Shown: positions 1 to 8,690 of the stretch, piece after piece | Layout: each line of letters opens with the position of its first letter | How positions within the stretch are numbered: position 1 is the stretch's first letter | Assembly (NCBI GenBank): GCA_031459875.1 | Contig: JAVKHQ010000029.1 | Span: forward strand, 1-33,097 | Length of the DNA stretch: 33,097 bases | DNA from: Candidatus Fervidifonticultor sextus | Lineage (GTDB): Bacteria; Sysuimicrobiota; Sysuimicrobiia; Sysuimicrobiales; Humicultoraceae | Reading direction: 5' to 3' | The notes under the pieces: model-generated | Database searches by the model: none | Told to the model about the DNA's origin: nothing | What the model saw: only the letters and a program-made list of their open reading frames with translations | Program-made: the position numbers and the translations under genes

Positions 1-826
1 CGGGCAGGGCCAGGAGCGCTTCGACAACTTCCGGATAGCGCTTCGTGATGACCCGGTGGTTCCGGCCGTAGAGCCCGACAGTCCGCCCGCGGCGCTCGGC
101 GAGGGCGCGGACACCGTCGTACTTGATCTCGAAGAGCCAGTCTTTGCCCGAGAAGGGGCGCTCGGCGGAGGCCGCGAGCATGAAGGGCTGGCTGCGCGCC
201 GCCACGTCGCGTCGGGGCGCGTCGAGGACCCGCAGCCGCTCGCGGATGGCGACCAGTTTGCCGGGAGGATCGGCGATCTCTTCGATCGTCAGGCCCGAGA
301 TGACCGACTGCGGGTAGCGCTCGGTCACCTCCTCGTCGCCGGATGCGGCGTCGGCCTTCTTGAGCAGGAGCCAGTCCTTTTGGGACTTCGCCATGCGGAC
401 CAGCGTCCACCGACCGCGCAGCTTGTGCCCGAAGAACTCCAGTTCCAGCTTGCCGGCGGCCAGGTGGTCCAGCGGGTTGCCCTCCTGGACGTCGCGGTAC
501 CACCCGCGATCCCAGACGATCACCGATCCGGCGCCGTAGTTCCCCGGGGGAATGGTGCCTTCGAAGTTCGCGTACTCCAGGGGGTGGTCCTCGACGTGCA
601 CCGCCAGGCGCTTTTCCTCCGGCCGGACCGAGGGACCGTTGGGGACGGCCCAGCTCTTGAGGACGCCGTCCATCTCCAGCCGCAAGTCGTAGTGGAGGCG
701 CCGGGCCGCGTGCTTCTGGATCACGAAGATGGGAGGGCCGCCCCGAGGACGCCCGCCAAAGGGCTCCCGCGTCCGCTCGGGGTCCCGCTTCCTGCGGTAG
801 GCCTCGAGGCTGGACGGTCGTTTCAT
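1..826 (-). CDS. ligD: NHEJ DNA ligase D (3'-phosphoesterase domain followed by ATP-dependent ligase domain), truncated by the left window edge
   Basis: Not in the ORF track because there is no stop inside the window. Manual translation from ATG 826 (alternative in-frame ATG 844) gives MKRPSSLEAYRRKRDPERTREP...FVIQKHAARRLHYDLRLEMDGVLKSWAVP...RLAVHVEDHPLEYANFEGTIPPGNYGAGSVIVWDRG (LigD PE domain), then WLFEIKYDGVR (ligase KxDG motif). Divergent from ku. Confidence 0.95.
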   Translation of the reverse strand, partial: MKRPSSLEAYRRKRDPERTREPFGGRPRGGPPIFVIQKHAARRLHYDLRLEMDGVLKSWAVPNGPSVRPEEKRLAVHVEDHPLEYANFEGTIPPGNYGAGSVIVWDRGWYRDVQEGNPLDHLAAGKLELEFFGHKLRGRWTLVRMAKSQKDWLLLKKADAASGDEEVTERYPQSVISGLTIEEIADPPGKLVAIRERLRVLDAPRRDVAARSQPFMLAASAERPFSGKDWLFEIKYDGVRALAERRGRTVGLYGRNHRVITKRYPEVVEALLALP

Positions 827-903
827 CGAAGCACCTTGAGGCATGGAGCGCTTCGTGGTATGTTTCTCTTCACCTGCATATTGTCCGCTGGAGGGATTCC
901 GCC

Positions 904-1767
904 ATGCCTCCGCACGCGCTCGGCTCGGGGACGATCTCGTTCGGCCTGGTCTCGATCCCCGTCAAGGTTTATACTGCCACATCTCCGGGCACCGTACGCT
1001 TCAACATGCTCCACGCCCGATGCGGCAGCCGGATCAGGCAGCAATACTTCTGCCCGGTCGACAAGGTGGTGGTGGATCGGTCCGAGATCGTCAAGGGCTA
1101 CGAGTTCGCCAAGGACCAGTACGTGCGGGTCACCGATGAGGAACTCAAGGCGCTGGAGGGTGAGGCGTCGAAGGTCATCGACATCGCCGAGTTCGTCCCG
1201 CTGCCCAAGGTGGATCCCATCTTCTTTGAGAAGACCTACTACCTGGGGCCCGACAAGGGCGGCGAAAAGGCCTACCGCCTGCTGGCCGACGCCATGGCCA
1301 AGACGGACCGGGTCGCCCTGGCCAAGTTCGTGATGCACGGCAAGGAGAATCTGGTCTTGATCCGGCCGGCGGGCGGGGGCCTCGTGCTCCACACCATGTT
1401 TTTCGCCGACGAGGTGCGGGACTTCGGCGAAGTCGAGAAGGGCGAGAAGGCGAAGATCAAGAGTGGAGAACTGGAGCTCGCCCTGCGCCTGATCGAGGAA
1501 CTGTCCAGCGAGGAGTTCAGGCCCGAGGCGTACCGGGACGAGTACCGGCTGCGGGTCCTGGACCTCATCAACATGAAGATCGAGGGCAGGGAGGTTACCG
1601 CGGTCGGGCCGCAGGTGCAGCGGGCCCAGGTCATCGACCTGATGGAGGCCCTGAAGAAAAGCCTGGAGCGGCGGGTCCCACGGGAGAAGCGGCCCGCGGT
1701 CAAGGCCCGTCCCGCTGCGGCTGCGGCGGAGAAGCCGGAGAGGAAGGCCCAAGCCGCCAGGAAATGA
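904..1767 (+). CDS. ku: Prokaryotic NHEJ Ku protein
   Basis: GTISFGLVSIPVKVY, FNMLH..CGSRIRQQYFCP, EIVKGYE, IDIAEFV, YYLGP and VIDLMEALKKSL motifs; basic C-terminal tail; adjacent to ligD. Confidence 0.96.
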   Translation: MPPHALGSGTISFGLVSIPVKVYTATSPGTVRFNMLHARCGSRIRQQYFCPVDKVVVDRSEIVKGYEFAKDQYVRVTDEELKALEGEASKVIDIAEFVPLPKVDPIFFEKTYYLGPDKGGEKAYRLLADAMAKTDRVALAKFVMHGKENLVLIRPAGGGLVLHTMFFADEVRDFGEVEKGEKAKIKSGELELALRLIEELSSEEFRPEAYRDEYRLRVLDLINMKIEGREVTAVGPQVQRAQVIDLMEALKKSLERRVPREKRPAVKARPAAAAAEKPERKAQAARK

Positions 1768-2591
1768 CGCAGTTCTTCACCACCCGCGAGGTGGCGAAGA
1801 TCCTGGACCTGACCGAGCACCGGGTCCGCGCGTGCGTGCGCGCGGGCCTGGTGGCCCCGAGCCGGGGCCCCCGCCGGAGCCTGCAGTTCAGTTTTCAGGA
1901 CCTGCTGCTCCTCAAGACCACCAGGGACCTCCTCGACGCCCGGGTCCCGTTGCCCCGGATCCGCCGGATGCTGGCGTCGCTGCGCCGGCAGCTCCCCGAC
2001 GAACAGCGGCTGTGGGGTCTGACGATCTACGCCGACGGCCGGCGCATCGTCGCCTGGGACGGTCAGGCCCGGTGGCAGCCGGACTCGGGCCAGTTCCTGT
2101 TCAGCTTCGACGTGCAGGACGTCGCCGAGCGCATTCCGCCTCCCGATCGTCCGCCGCAGATCACCTTCATGCTGACGGCCCAGGAGTGGTTCCGTCTGGG
2201 GGTGGAGCTCGAGACCTACGGACCCGAAGAAGCGCGCCGGGCCTACCATCAGGCGCTGGAACAGGACGCGACCCTGACCGACGCCCACATCAACCTGGGC
2301 CGGCTGTACCATCAGGCCCGGGACTACGAGCGGGCCGAGGCGCACTACCGGGCTGCGGTCGAACGGGCGCCCGATGATCCGGTCCCCCGCTTCAACCTGG
2401 GCGTCCTGATGGACGACCTGGGCCGGCGCGACGACGCCATCCGCTTCTACCGCCAGGCGATCGAACGCGACCCCGAGTTCGCCGACGCCCACTACAACCT
2501 GGGTCTGCTCTTCGAGGCTACGGGTCGGCGTACCGAGGCCATCACCCATCTGCGCCGGGCGCGTGCCCTCTACGGTCGCGTGGGGAACTAA
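1764..2591 (+). CDS. MerR-like HTH plus tetratricopeptide-repeat protein
   Basis: N-terminal FTTREVAKILDLTEHRVRACVRAGLVAP...FSFQDLLLLK is MerR-type HTH-like. C-terminal TPRs: AHINLGRLY, RFNLGVLM, AHYNLGLLF. ATGA overlap with the ku stop. Confidence 0.85.
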   Translation: MTQFFTTREVAKILDLTEHRVRACVRAGLVAPSRGPRRSLQFSFQDLLLLKTTRDLLDARVPLPRIRRMLASLRRQLPDEQRLWGLTIYADGRRIVAWDGQARWQPDSGQFLFSFDVQDVAERIPPPDRPPQITFMLTAQEWFRLGVELETYGPEEARRAYHQALEQDATLTDAHINLGRLYHQARDYERAEAHYRAAVERAPDDPVPRFNLGVLMDDLGRRDDAIRFYRQAIERDPEFADAHYNLGLLFEATGRRTEAITHLRRARALYGRVGN

Positions 2592-2610
2592 TTCCGGGCC
2601 CTCCTCGCTT
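2584..2610 (+). promoter_or_regulatory. Putative ECF-sigma promoter GGAAC-N17-CGCTT
   Basis: GGAAC 2584-2588, 17-nt spacer, CGCTT 2606-2610, directly upstream of the ECF sigma operon. Resembles the SigH/SigR/SigE-type GGAAC-N17-CGTT consensus. Confidence 0.55.
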
Positions 2611-2647
2611 GAGAGAGTGTAAGGCCATCATGAGAGGGGGACTGCCG

Positions 2648-2998
2648 ATGAAGATCTTTGCCGTCCTGCTGATCGCCCTGGCCGTGGCCCTTGCGCCTGC
2701 GACGGTGCGGACCGCCCAGGCCGCCGTAAAGACCGCTCCCTTCCGTCTGGAGGGGAAGATCGTCGAGGTCTCCAAAGGGTGGATCCAGGTCGAGGTGATC
2801 AAAGTCGTCCAGGGGTCCGGGTTCAAGGCCGGGGACAAGGTGAAGATCACCGAGAGCTCCAGGACGCGAATCCTTCAGGCCGGGAAGCGGGTTTCGAACA
2901 GCAAGCTCGCCACCGGCGAGATGGTTGAGGTGTCGGGCCAGATGGTTGAGGGCAAGACCCCGACATTCCGGGCGACGACGGTCAGCATCTTGAAGTAG
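2648..2998 (+). CDS. Small secreted basic protein, OB-fold-like (DUF5666-like)
   Basis: GAGGGGG RBS before ATG 2648; signal peptide MKIFAVLLIALAVALAPATVRTAQA; beta-rich LEGKIVEVS...LATGEMVEVSG...FRATTVSILK pattern. Confidence 0.65.
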   Translation: MKIFAVLLIALAVALAPATVRTAQAAVKTAPFRLEGKIVEVSKGWIQVEVIKVVQGSGFKAGDKVKITESSRTRILQAGKRVSNSKLATGEMVEVSGQMVEGKTPTFRATTVSILK

Positions 2999-3043
2999 AC
3001 TGGTGCGGGGGCAGGGAAGATCCTGCCCCCGCACGCCCCCATC

Positions 3044-3646
3044 ATGGTCACCATCCCCACGGCGGTGCTGGATATTCCCGGGCAGGACGCGACCACCGAG
3101 GCTGTTACGCACACGGGCGACTTCGACAGGTTCACCGAGCTCCTGACCCGGCACTGGGACTCGGCCTACCGGTACGCGTATCATTTGACCGGCAACGTGC
3201 CCGACGCGGAGGACCTGGTGCAGCAGGCGGCGGAGGAGGCCCTTGTCTCATTCCGCCGGTTCCAGCCGGGCACACGCTTTGATCGCTGGCTGATGCGCAT
3301 TGTTCACAATTCATTCATCGACCGAATCCGGCGAGGTCGCCGTCTTACGGTCTTCTCTCTCGACGACGTCCACGCCTCGCCGCTGGTCGCCGATCGCTCG
3401 GATGACCCCGAGGCCGCCGCCGAGGCCGCGCTCCACGGTCTGGTGCTGCGGGCGCTCCAAGCCCTGCCGCCCGAGTTTCGTGCCGCGGTGATCCTTGTAG
3501 ATCTCCAGGGGCTCCCGTATGGGGATGCAGCGGAGATCCTGCACTGTCCCGTGGGGACCATTCGTTCCCGGCTGCACAGAGGGCGCCTGACCCTGCGGGA
3601 ATTGCTCCGGCCGCACATGGAGGCCGTGAAGCGAGGAGAAGCGTGA
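3044..3646 (+). CDS. ECF-subfamily RNA polymerase sigma factor
   Basis: Region 2: DAEDLVQQA...FDRWLMRIVHNSFID. Region 4: LPPEFRAAVILVDLQGLPYGDAAEILHCPVGTIRSRLHRGR. Confidence 0.93.
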   Translation: MVTIPTAVLDIPGQDATTEAVTHTGDFDRFTELLTRHWDSAYRYAYHLTGNVPDAEDLVQQAAEEALVSFRRFQPGTRFDRWLMRIVHNSFIDRIRRGRRLTVFSLDDVHASPLVADRSDDPEAAAEAALHGLVLRALQALPPEFRAAVILVDLQGLPYGDAAEILHCPVGTIRSRLHRGRLTLRELLRPHMEAVKRGEA

Positions 3647-4107
3647 TGGACGAGCACCCGTCGGATCTCCTGTCCGCCTACGCGGACGGCGCACTGCCGC
3701 AGGGGCAGGCTGCGGAGGTTGCGGCCCACCTGGTCGAGTGCGACCGTTGCCGGACCGTCGTTGACGATCTCCAGGAAGTCCAGACCATGCTGCACTCGAT
3801 TCCTCGTCCGTCCCCTGATCCATCGCTCCTGCCGCGAACGCTGGCCCGTCTGGAGGGCAGGAATCGGCGCAGCCGTTTTGTGATGCGGTGGCGGATCGCC
3901 GCGGCGGTGGCGATGGGAGGCGCGGTCCTGGCCCTCCTGTGGCCCGTGACGCCGGTACCGTCCGCCGAGCACGGGACCGGGACATGGTACTTCCGGCAGC
4001 ATGCCGAGATGGCCCTGATCCATCCGGTCGAGGACGTCTCGCTGGCATCCTACCTCAGCACCCCGCTGCCGTATCGGGCGGTGGAGGAGAGTCTGGAATG
4101 GCGGTAG
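3643..4107 (+). CDS. Zinc-binding (zf-HC2/ZAS) membrane anti-sigma factor
   Basis: LLSAYADGAL...HLVECDRC (HxxxCxxC); one hydrophobic segment IAAAVAMGGAVLALLW; GTGA overlap with the sigma gene. Confidence 0.88.
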   Translation: MMDEHPSDLLSAYADGALPQGQAAEVAAHLVECDRCRTVVDDLQEVQTMLHSIPRPSPDPSLLPRTLARLEGRNRRSRFVMRWRIAAAVAMGGAVLALLWPVTPVPSAEHGTGTWYFRQHAEMALIHPVEDVSLASYLSTPLPYRAVEESLEWR

Positions 4108-5177
4108 GCTTCTGCACCCGGGCGGCGGTCGTTGGCGCCCTCGCGTGCCTGGTGGCGGGGCCCGGCCGCCCCGCCAGCGCCGCGCCACCTCCACCCGCGT
4201 CGCTGCTCCAGGCGATGCAGGCGCGGAAGGCATCGGCCTTCAGGGGTGAGCAGATCGTCGTCACGTGGGAGAATGGAGGGACCCATGTCACCCTCGGGCG
4301 CATCGAGCATGATCCACCCGGGTGGGTACGGCTGGAGTATGCGCCTGTGGGGACATCCACGCGCTGGATCGTCGTACGACAGAGTGGTATGGAGATTCAG
4401 TACGATCCCGCAACCCGCGTGGGGACGAAGTCTCCGCGCTTGGTCGGCGATGATGGTGAGACCGTGCTGGCTACGCACCTCCCATGGCTGCTGGAGAACT
4501 ATCGGGTCGGGGCAGCGCCGGGGCTGTTCCTGGGCCGGAAGGTTGAACGGATCGTGATGCGGCCGGTCAGGGCCGATCGGCCGGCACGCCGGATCGACGT
4601 CGATCAAGAGAGCGGAGTCGTCCTGCGTTCGGAACGCATGGAGCCGGGAGGTCGGCTGGTGGGGATGACCGCCTTCCAGAGTTTTGAGGTCATGCCGAGA
4701 GGATGGAGGGCAGGCGCTGGCCTGCCCCGTGACCTCCGGCTTGTCGAACGGCCCATGGCGCGCAAGGTCACGCCGGAAGAGGTGGTCCGCCAATTCGGCA
4801 CCATCCCGGTGGCGATAGAGACGCCCGGAGGATTCCACCCTGTAGCGTACTACCTGGTCCAGCACCGGCAGCCAGCCCTCCAGGTGGTGTACTCGGACGG
4901 GCTGAGCGTGCTTGTGGTCACGATGCAACGCGGGATTCTCCCCAGACCGCCGAAGGGCAGCCGGCTCGTCCACGGCGCCGCCGGCCCGGTGTGGGTCCGC
5001 CGTTTCGGGCAGAACGCGCTGGTGCACTGGGCGTACAACGGGTGGCTGCTGACCATGGTGGGAGACGTCGTCCCGGAGCAGCTCATCCGTGCGGCCGAGC
5101 TGACAGGCGTCGCCCGCATGCCCCGCGTGTACGATCACATCGAGTCCTGGCTCAAGGGTCTGTTCGGCCCATTCTAG
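4098..5177 (+). CDS. MucB/RseB-like extracytoplasmic sigma-E regulatory protein
   Basis: Likely start ATG 4098. Signal peptide, then FRGEQIV, LLENY, FLGRKVERIVMRP, IDVDQESGVVLRSE and LQVVYSDGLSVLVV, typical of RseB/MucB. Third gene of a sigma / anti-sigma operon. Confidence 0.8.
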   Translation: MAVGFCTRAAVVGALACLVAGPGRPASAAPPPPASLLQAMQARKASAFRGEQIVVTWENGGTHVTLGRIEHDPPGWVRLEYAPVGTSTRWIVVRQSGMEIQYDPATRVGTKSPRLVGDDGETVLATHLPWLLENYRVGAAPGLFLGRKVERIVMRPVRADRPARRIDVDQESGVVLRSERMEPGGRLVGMTAFQSFEVMPRGWRAGAGLPRDLRLVERPMARKVTPEEVVRQFGTIPVAIETPGGFHPVAYYLVQHRQPALQVVYSDGLSVLVVTMQRGILPRPPKGSRLVHGAAGPVWVRRFGQNALVHWAYNGWLLTMVGDVVPEQLIRAAELTGVARMPRVYDHIESWLKGLFGPF

Positions 5178-5189
5178 AAATTCAGTCCC

Positions 5190-6248
5190 GTGCCGCGGAT
5201 CCGCGAGTTCCTCTCGCTGGGGGTTCTGCCGCCCGGTCCCCTCGACGCCATCACCGATGTGCCCGGCGTCCGCGTCGGTCATGCGTCGCTGCGCGCCGGC
5301 CCGCTGCGCACCGGGGTGACCGCTGTCCTGCCCCACGGCCGCAACCTCTATCGGGAGAAGGTCACCGCGGCGGTCGCAGTCCTCAACGGCTACGGGAAGT
5401 CCATCGGCCTCATGCAGATCGAGGAACTGGGCAGCATCGAATCCCCCATTCTCCTGACGAGCACCCTCAATGTGCCGCGGGCGGCGGACGCGCTCATCAC
5501 GCACATGCTCGCGCAGGATCCGGTCATCGGCGACAGCGAGACGGTGAACCCGGTCGTTCTGGAGTGCTTCGACGGGTACCTCAGCGATGCGCGTGCCCGT
5601 GCCATCGGTGAGGCCGAGGTGATCACAGCCATCACCTCGGCCAGCGAGGGTCCGGTCCAGACCGGGTGCGTGGGCGCGGGCGTGGGGATGCGCTGTCAGG
5701 GCTTCAAGTCGGGAATCGGAACCGCCTCGCGTGTGATCGGGCCCGGCGGATGGTGCCTGGGCGTCCTTGCCGTTCCCAACTTCGGGTTCCCCGGCGATCT
5801 GGTCATCGCCGGGGTGCCGGTGGGGCGGGAACTGGCGCGCGTCCCCCAGCCGGGTGAGCGGGGCTCCTGCGTCTTCGTGGTGGCAACCGACGCGCCGCTG
5901 TCGGCGCTCGACCTGCGCCGGATCGCGTGGCGCTGCTTCCTGGGGATGGCGCGGACCGGCGCTATCAGCGGTGTGACGAGCGGGGATGTAGCGGTCGCAT
6001 TCACCACCGCGCGGCAGGCCGCATCCGCCGACCGTGAGACGATGAACGGACTCTTCCGGGCGGCGGTTGAATCCTCCGAGGAGGCCATTGTGGACGCGCT
6101 GTTCTCCGCCGAGACCACGACCGGTCGGGAGGGGCACACGATGCCGGCCCTGCCGATTCAGCAGACGCTGGAGATCCTCGCCCGACACCGGGCACCCGGG
6201 CTTCGTCGCGCACCCACAGACCCAGGCGCCGGCAGCCCTGGGTCATGA
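5190..6248 (+). CDS. P1 family (DmpA-like, peptidase S58) aminopeptidase
   Basis: DAITDVPGVRVGH, TGVTAVLP, NGYGKSIG, NPVVLECFDGYLSD, VGAGVGM..GFKSGIGTASR, and the autoprocessing G/S site in RGSCVFVVATDAPL. Confidence 0.9.
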   Translation: MPRIREFLSLGVLPPGPLDAITDVPGVRVGHASLRAGPLRTGVTAVLPHGRNLYREKVTAAVAVLNGYGKSIGLMQIEELGSIESPILLTSTLNVPRAADALITHMLAQDPVIGDSETVNPVVLECFDGYLSDARARAIGEAEVITAITSASEGPVQTGCVGAGVGMRCQGFKSGIGTASRVIGPGGWCLGVLAVPNFGFPGDLVIAGVPVGRELARVPQPGERGSCVFVVATDAPLSALDLRRIAWRCFLGMARTGAISGVTSGDVAVAFTTARQAASADRETMNGLFRAAVESSEEAIVDALFSAETTTGREGHTMPALPIQQTLEILARHRAPGLRRAPTDPGAGSPGS

Positions 6249-6316
6249 CGGGTTTCTGGTTCTTCGACAGGATCGCCCGCACCGGGGCCAGGCGGCGCCA
6301 TGGTGCCCCCGCATGT

Positions 6317-6346
6317 TGGACAGCCGCCGGGAGAATCCTGTATGCT
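6317..6346 (+). promoter_or_regulatory. Putative sigma-70 promoter TGGACA-N18-TATGCT
   Basis: -35 at 6317-6322, -10 at 6341-6346, ATG 7 nt downstream (leaderless geometry). The same TGGACA -35 occurs before both tRNAs. Confidence 0.5.
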
Positions 6347-6353
6347 CTGTGCA

Positions 6354-6506
6354 ATGGACGGCTTCCGTGCAGCCGGTGCCCCGGCTGGCCTGACGGAATT
6401 CCCGGTGCCCCGCGGCTCCCGCCCGCACGACATCGTGCCCTCATCCGACGGTGCGGTGCGGTAGACGGCTCAGGCCGCCGGCGGACTCGGCCGGCTGGAG
6501 CCGTGA
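6354..6506 (+). pseudogene. Remnant of a Vgb (virginiamycin B lyase)-family beta-propeller gene
   Basis: MDGFRAAGAPAGLTEFPVPRGSRPHDIVPSSDGAVR*TAQAAGGLGRLEP* matches the Vgb first-blade pattern EfPvP.GSRPHDv.P..DG.VWYTAQ..G.LGRLDP. WY appears decayed to CGG-TAG and the rest of the gene is missing. Confidence 0.7.
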
Positions 6507-6515
6507 GGTGAGAGG

Positions 6516-7553
6516 GTGACCTTCAAGTGGCCGGTGATGCTGTGGGCCCTGGGGGCCCTCCCGGCGGCGCTGGGGTTCGCGGCCATAGCCGCCGGGCACC
6601 GGCGCCGGGCCGAGGCCCGTCTGGCGGATCACCACCTCTATGACCGGCTGGTCGGGCCCCTGAGAGGCAGAGACCGCCTCCCGGCTGTGCTGTATTTCTC
6701 GTCATTCGCGCTGCTGATCGTTGCGGCGGCCCGGCCGATCGCGGCCGTGCCGCTCCCGGTCAACCGCGCTACAGTGGTCCTCACGGTCGATGCCAGCCAG
6801 AGCATGGTCGCCGACGACGTGAAACCGACGCGGCTGGAGGCGACGAAGGTAGCGGCGCGCACGCTCGTCGGTGCCCTGCCGCGCGGGGTCCGCGTGGGGC
6901 TGGTGGTCTTCAGCGACGTCGGGACGATCCTGGTGCTGCCGACGACAGACCGCACCGATCTTTTCGATGCGTTGGAACGGCTCCAGACGCAGCAATCCAC
7001 GGCTGTCGGTGCGGCGATTGTCGAGAGCCTGTATGTCCTGCCCGACCGCCGAGCGTTTCTGGGCGAGCGTCTCGCGCGGCTGCGCAACCGGTCGTCCCCC
7101 GACCCGGCGCAAGGATCGCCAGGATCGCCGGGTCCGATGCCGGCTCCGTCGGCTGCCGACCTCCCGCCTGCGGCGATCATCCTGTTCTCGGATGGCGTGA
7201 CCAACACGGGTGTGGACCCGCAGATCGCCGCGGACCTGGCCCGGGAGGCGCGCGTTCCCATCCACGCGGTCGGCGTGGGGCAGGAGGGCGGTGCCGTAAC
7301 GACTCTTGGGGGCCGCCCCGTCCTGGTCCCATTTGACGCCAGCGGCCTGCGGGACCTGGCGCGGCGCACCGGCGGGGAGTACCTGGAGATCGGCGACGAA
7401 GGCGCGCTGCGCCGCATCCCCGCGACCCTGGGGCGCGTCATCGGCTGGGAACGTCACCCCACCGAGGTTACGGCGATCCTGGCGGGCCTGGCGGGGCTGC
7501 TGATGACGACCGGGGCCGCGCTGTCGGCGGCCTGGTTCAGAAGGGTGCCGTGA
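6516..7553 (+). CDS. BatA-like VWA-domain membrane protein
   Basis: N-terminal TM MTFKWPVMLWAL, AAARP, MIDAS DASQS, PTRLEATK, VGLVVFS, ILFSDG, C-terminal TM. Confidence 0.9.
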   Translation: MTFKWPVMLWALGALPAALGFAAIAAGHRRRAEARLADHHLYDRLVGPLRGRDRLPAVLYFSSFALLIVAAARPIAAVPLPVNRATVVLTVDASQSMVADDVKPTRLEATKVAARTLVGALPRGVRVGLVVFSDVGTILVLPTTDRTDLFDALERLQTQQSTAVGAAIVESLYVLPDRRAFLGERLARLRNRSSPDPAQGSPGSPGPMPAPSAADLPPAAIILFSDGVTNTGVDPQIAADLAREARVPIHAVGVGQEGGAVTTLGGRPVLVPFDASGLRDLARRTGGEYLEIGDEGALRRIPATLGRVIGWERHPTEVTAILAGLAGLLMTTGAALSAAWFRRVP

Positions 7554-8527
7554 TGGTGGAATTTCTGTGGCCCGGGTTTCTCGCGGGCTTCGCCCTGCTG
7601 CCGTTCCTGGTCGTGACCTACGTGCGGTGGATCCGGAGGCCGGTGCCACGGGTCGTCGCGTATCCCGACGTGATCACGGTGCTGGCGGCAACGGGGCAGG
7701 GCCGTCGATGGCGGCGTCACCTGGGGGCGGGGCTCTTCCTCGTCGGGCTCGCCGCCGTCATCACGGCGCTGGGCCGACCGACCTTCCCGATTCCTGTGCC
7801 GGCCGACCGGTCCGCCATCATGCTCGTCATCGACATCAGCGGCAGCATGCGGTCGACCGACATTGAGCCCAACCGCCTGGAAGCGGCCAAGGCCGCCGCC
7901 AAGATCTTCCTGGACGACCTGCCGGATCAGGTGCGCGTCGGGCTGGTGACCTTCGGCGGATACGCAACCCTGGTGGCGCCCCCCGGTACGCCGCACGATC
8001 AGATCAAAGCGTCCATCGACGGATTGAACTACTTCATCCGCCGCACCGCGATCGGGGCGGGCCTGCTGGAGGCCATGGCCGCCCTGCCCGGGCGCGTACG
8101 GCCCGGCCCTGACGGAACCCTTCCGTCCCTGCCGACTGTCAAGCGGCCTCCTGGTATCATCATCCTGCTGTCGGACGGGCGGAGCAACACCGGCATCGAC
8201 GCGGTTCGGGCGGCGGAGATGGCCGGAGCCCAGGAGGTCACCATACACACCATTGGCGTCGGGCAGACCGAGTGGAGGCCGGGGGCCTTCATGATCGGCG
8301 GTGCGCTTGATGAGACCGAACTGCGGGCGGTTGCGAGCGCCGGGGGAGGCACCTACCACCACGCCTCATCCGCCTCGGCCCTCAAGGACGTCTATCGGTC
8401 GCTGGCGCGGTCGGTGGGATGGGAGCGTCGGCCCGACGAGGTATCGGCGGTTTTTGCCCTGACCGGCGCCGTGGTGCTCGCCGGTGCGCTCGTGCTCAGG
8501 CAGGTCACCTCCCCGCTGGGCTTCTAG
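7550..8527 (+). CDS. BatA-like VWA-domain membrane protein (paralogue)
   Basis: ALGRP, MIDAS DISGS, PNRLEAAK, VGLVTF, TAIG, LLSDGRSN, TIGVG; overlaps the preceding stop. Confidence 0.9.
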   Translation: MMVEFLWPGFLAGFALLPFLVVTYVRWIRRPVPRVVAYPDVITVLAATGQGRRWRRHLGAGLFLVGLAAVITALGRPTFPIPVPADRSAIMLVIDISGSMRSTDIEPNRLEAAKAAAKIFLDDLPDQVRVGLVTFGGYATLVAPPGTPHDQIKASIDGLNYFIRRTAIGAGLLEAMAALPGRVRPGPDGTLPSLPTVKRPPGIIILLSDGRSNTGIDAVRAAEMAGAQEVTIHTIGVGQTEWRPGAFMIGGALDETELRAVASAGGGTYHHASSASALKDVYRSLARSVGWERRPDEVSAVFALTGAVVLAGALVLRQVTSPLGF

Positions 8528-8641
8528 GCAGACTGCCAGCAACCCTCACGCCGGATGTCCCGATAGTACCAGCACCACGCGGTCAGCGCACAGCGGTGAC
8601 ACGTGGGCGCGACCGCGCAGATCGCCTCGTTTCTGTAGCCG

Positions 8642-8670
8642 TTGCGCGGTCCCTTCCGCGGGAGTATGGT
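8642..8670 (+). promoter_or_regulatory. Putative sigma-70 promoter TTGCGC-N17-TATGGT driving the riboswitch leader
   Basis: -35 at 8642-8647, 17-nt spacer, -10 at 8665-8670, about 20 nt upstream of aptamer P1. Confidence 0.55.
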
Positions 8671-8690
8671 AGGGGGTGAAGGCACCGAAG

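Noticed and set aside
56..1333. 425-aa plus-strand ORF
   Set aside because: Antisense shadow of ligD that runs out of frame into ku. The minus strand carries the recognisable LigD motifs.
7112..7129. Tandem AGGATCGCC duplication in the first VWA gene
   Set aside because: In-frame 9-bp duplication in a Pro/Gly-rich loop; no evidence of function.
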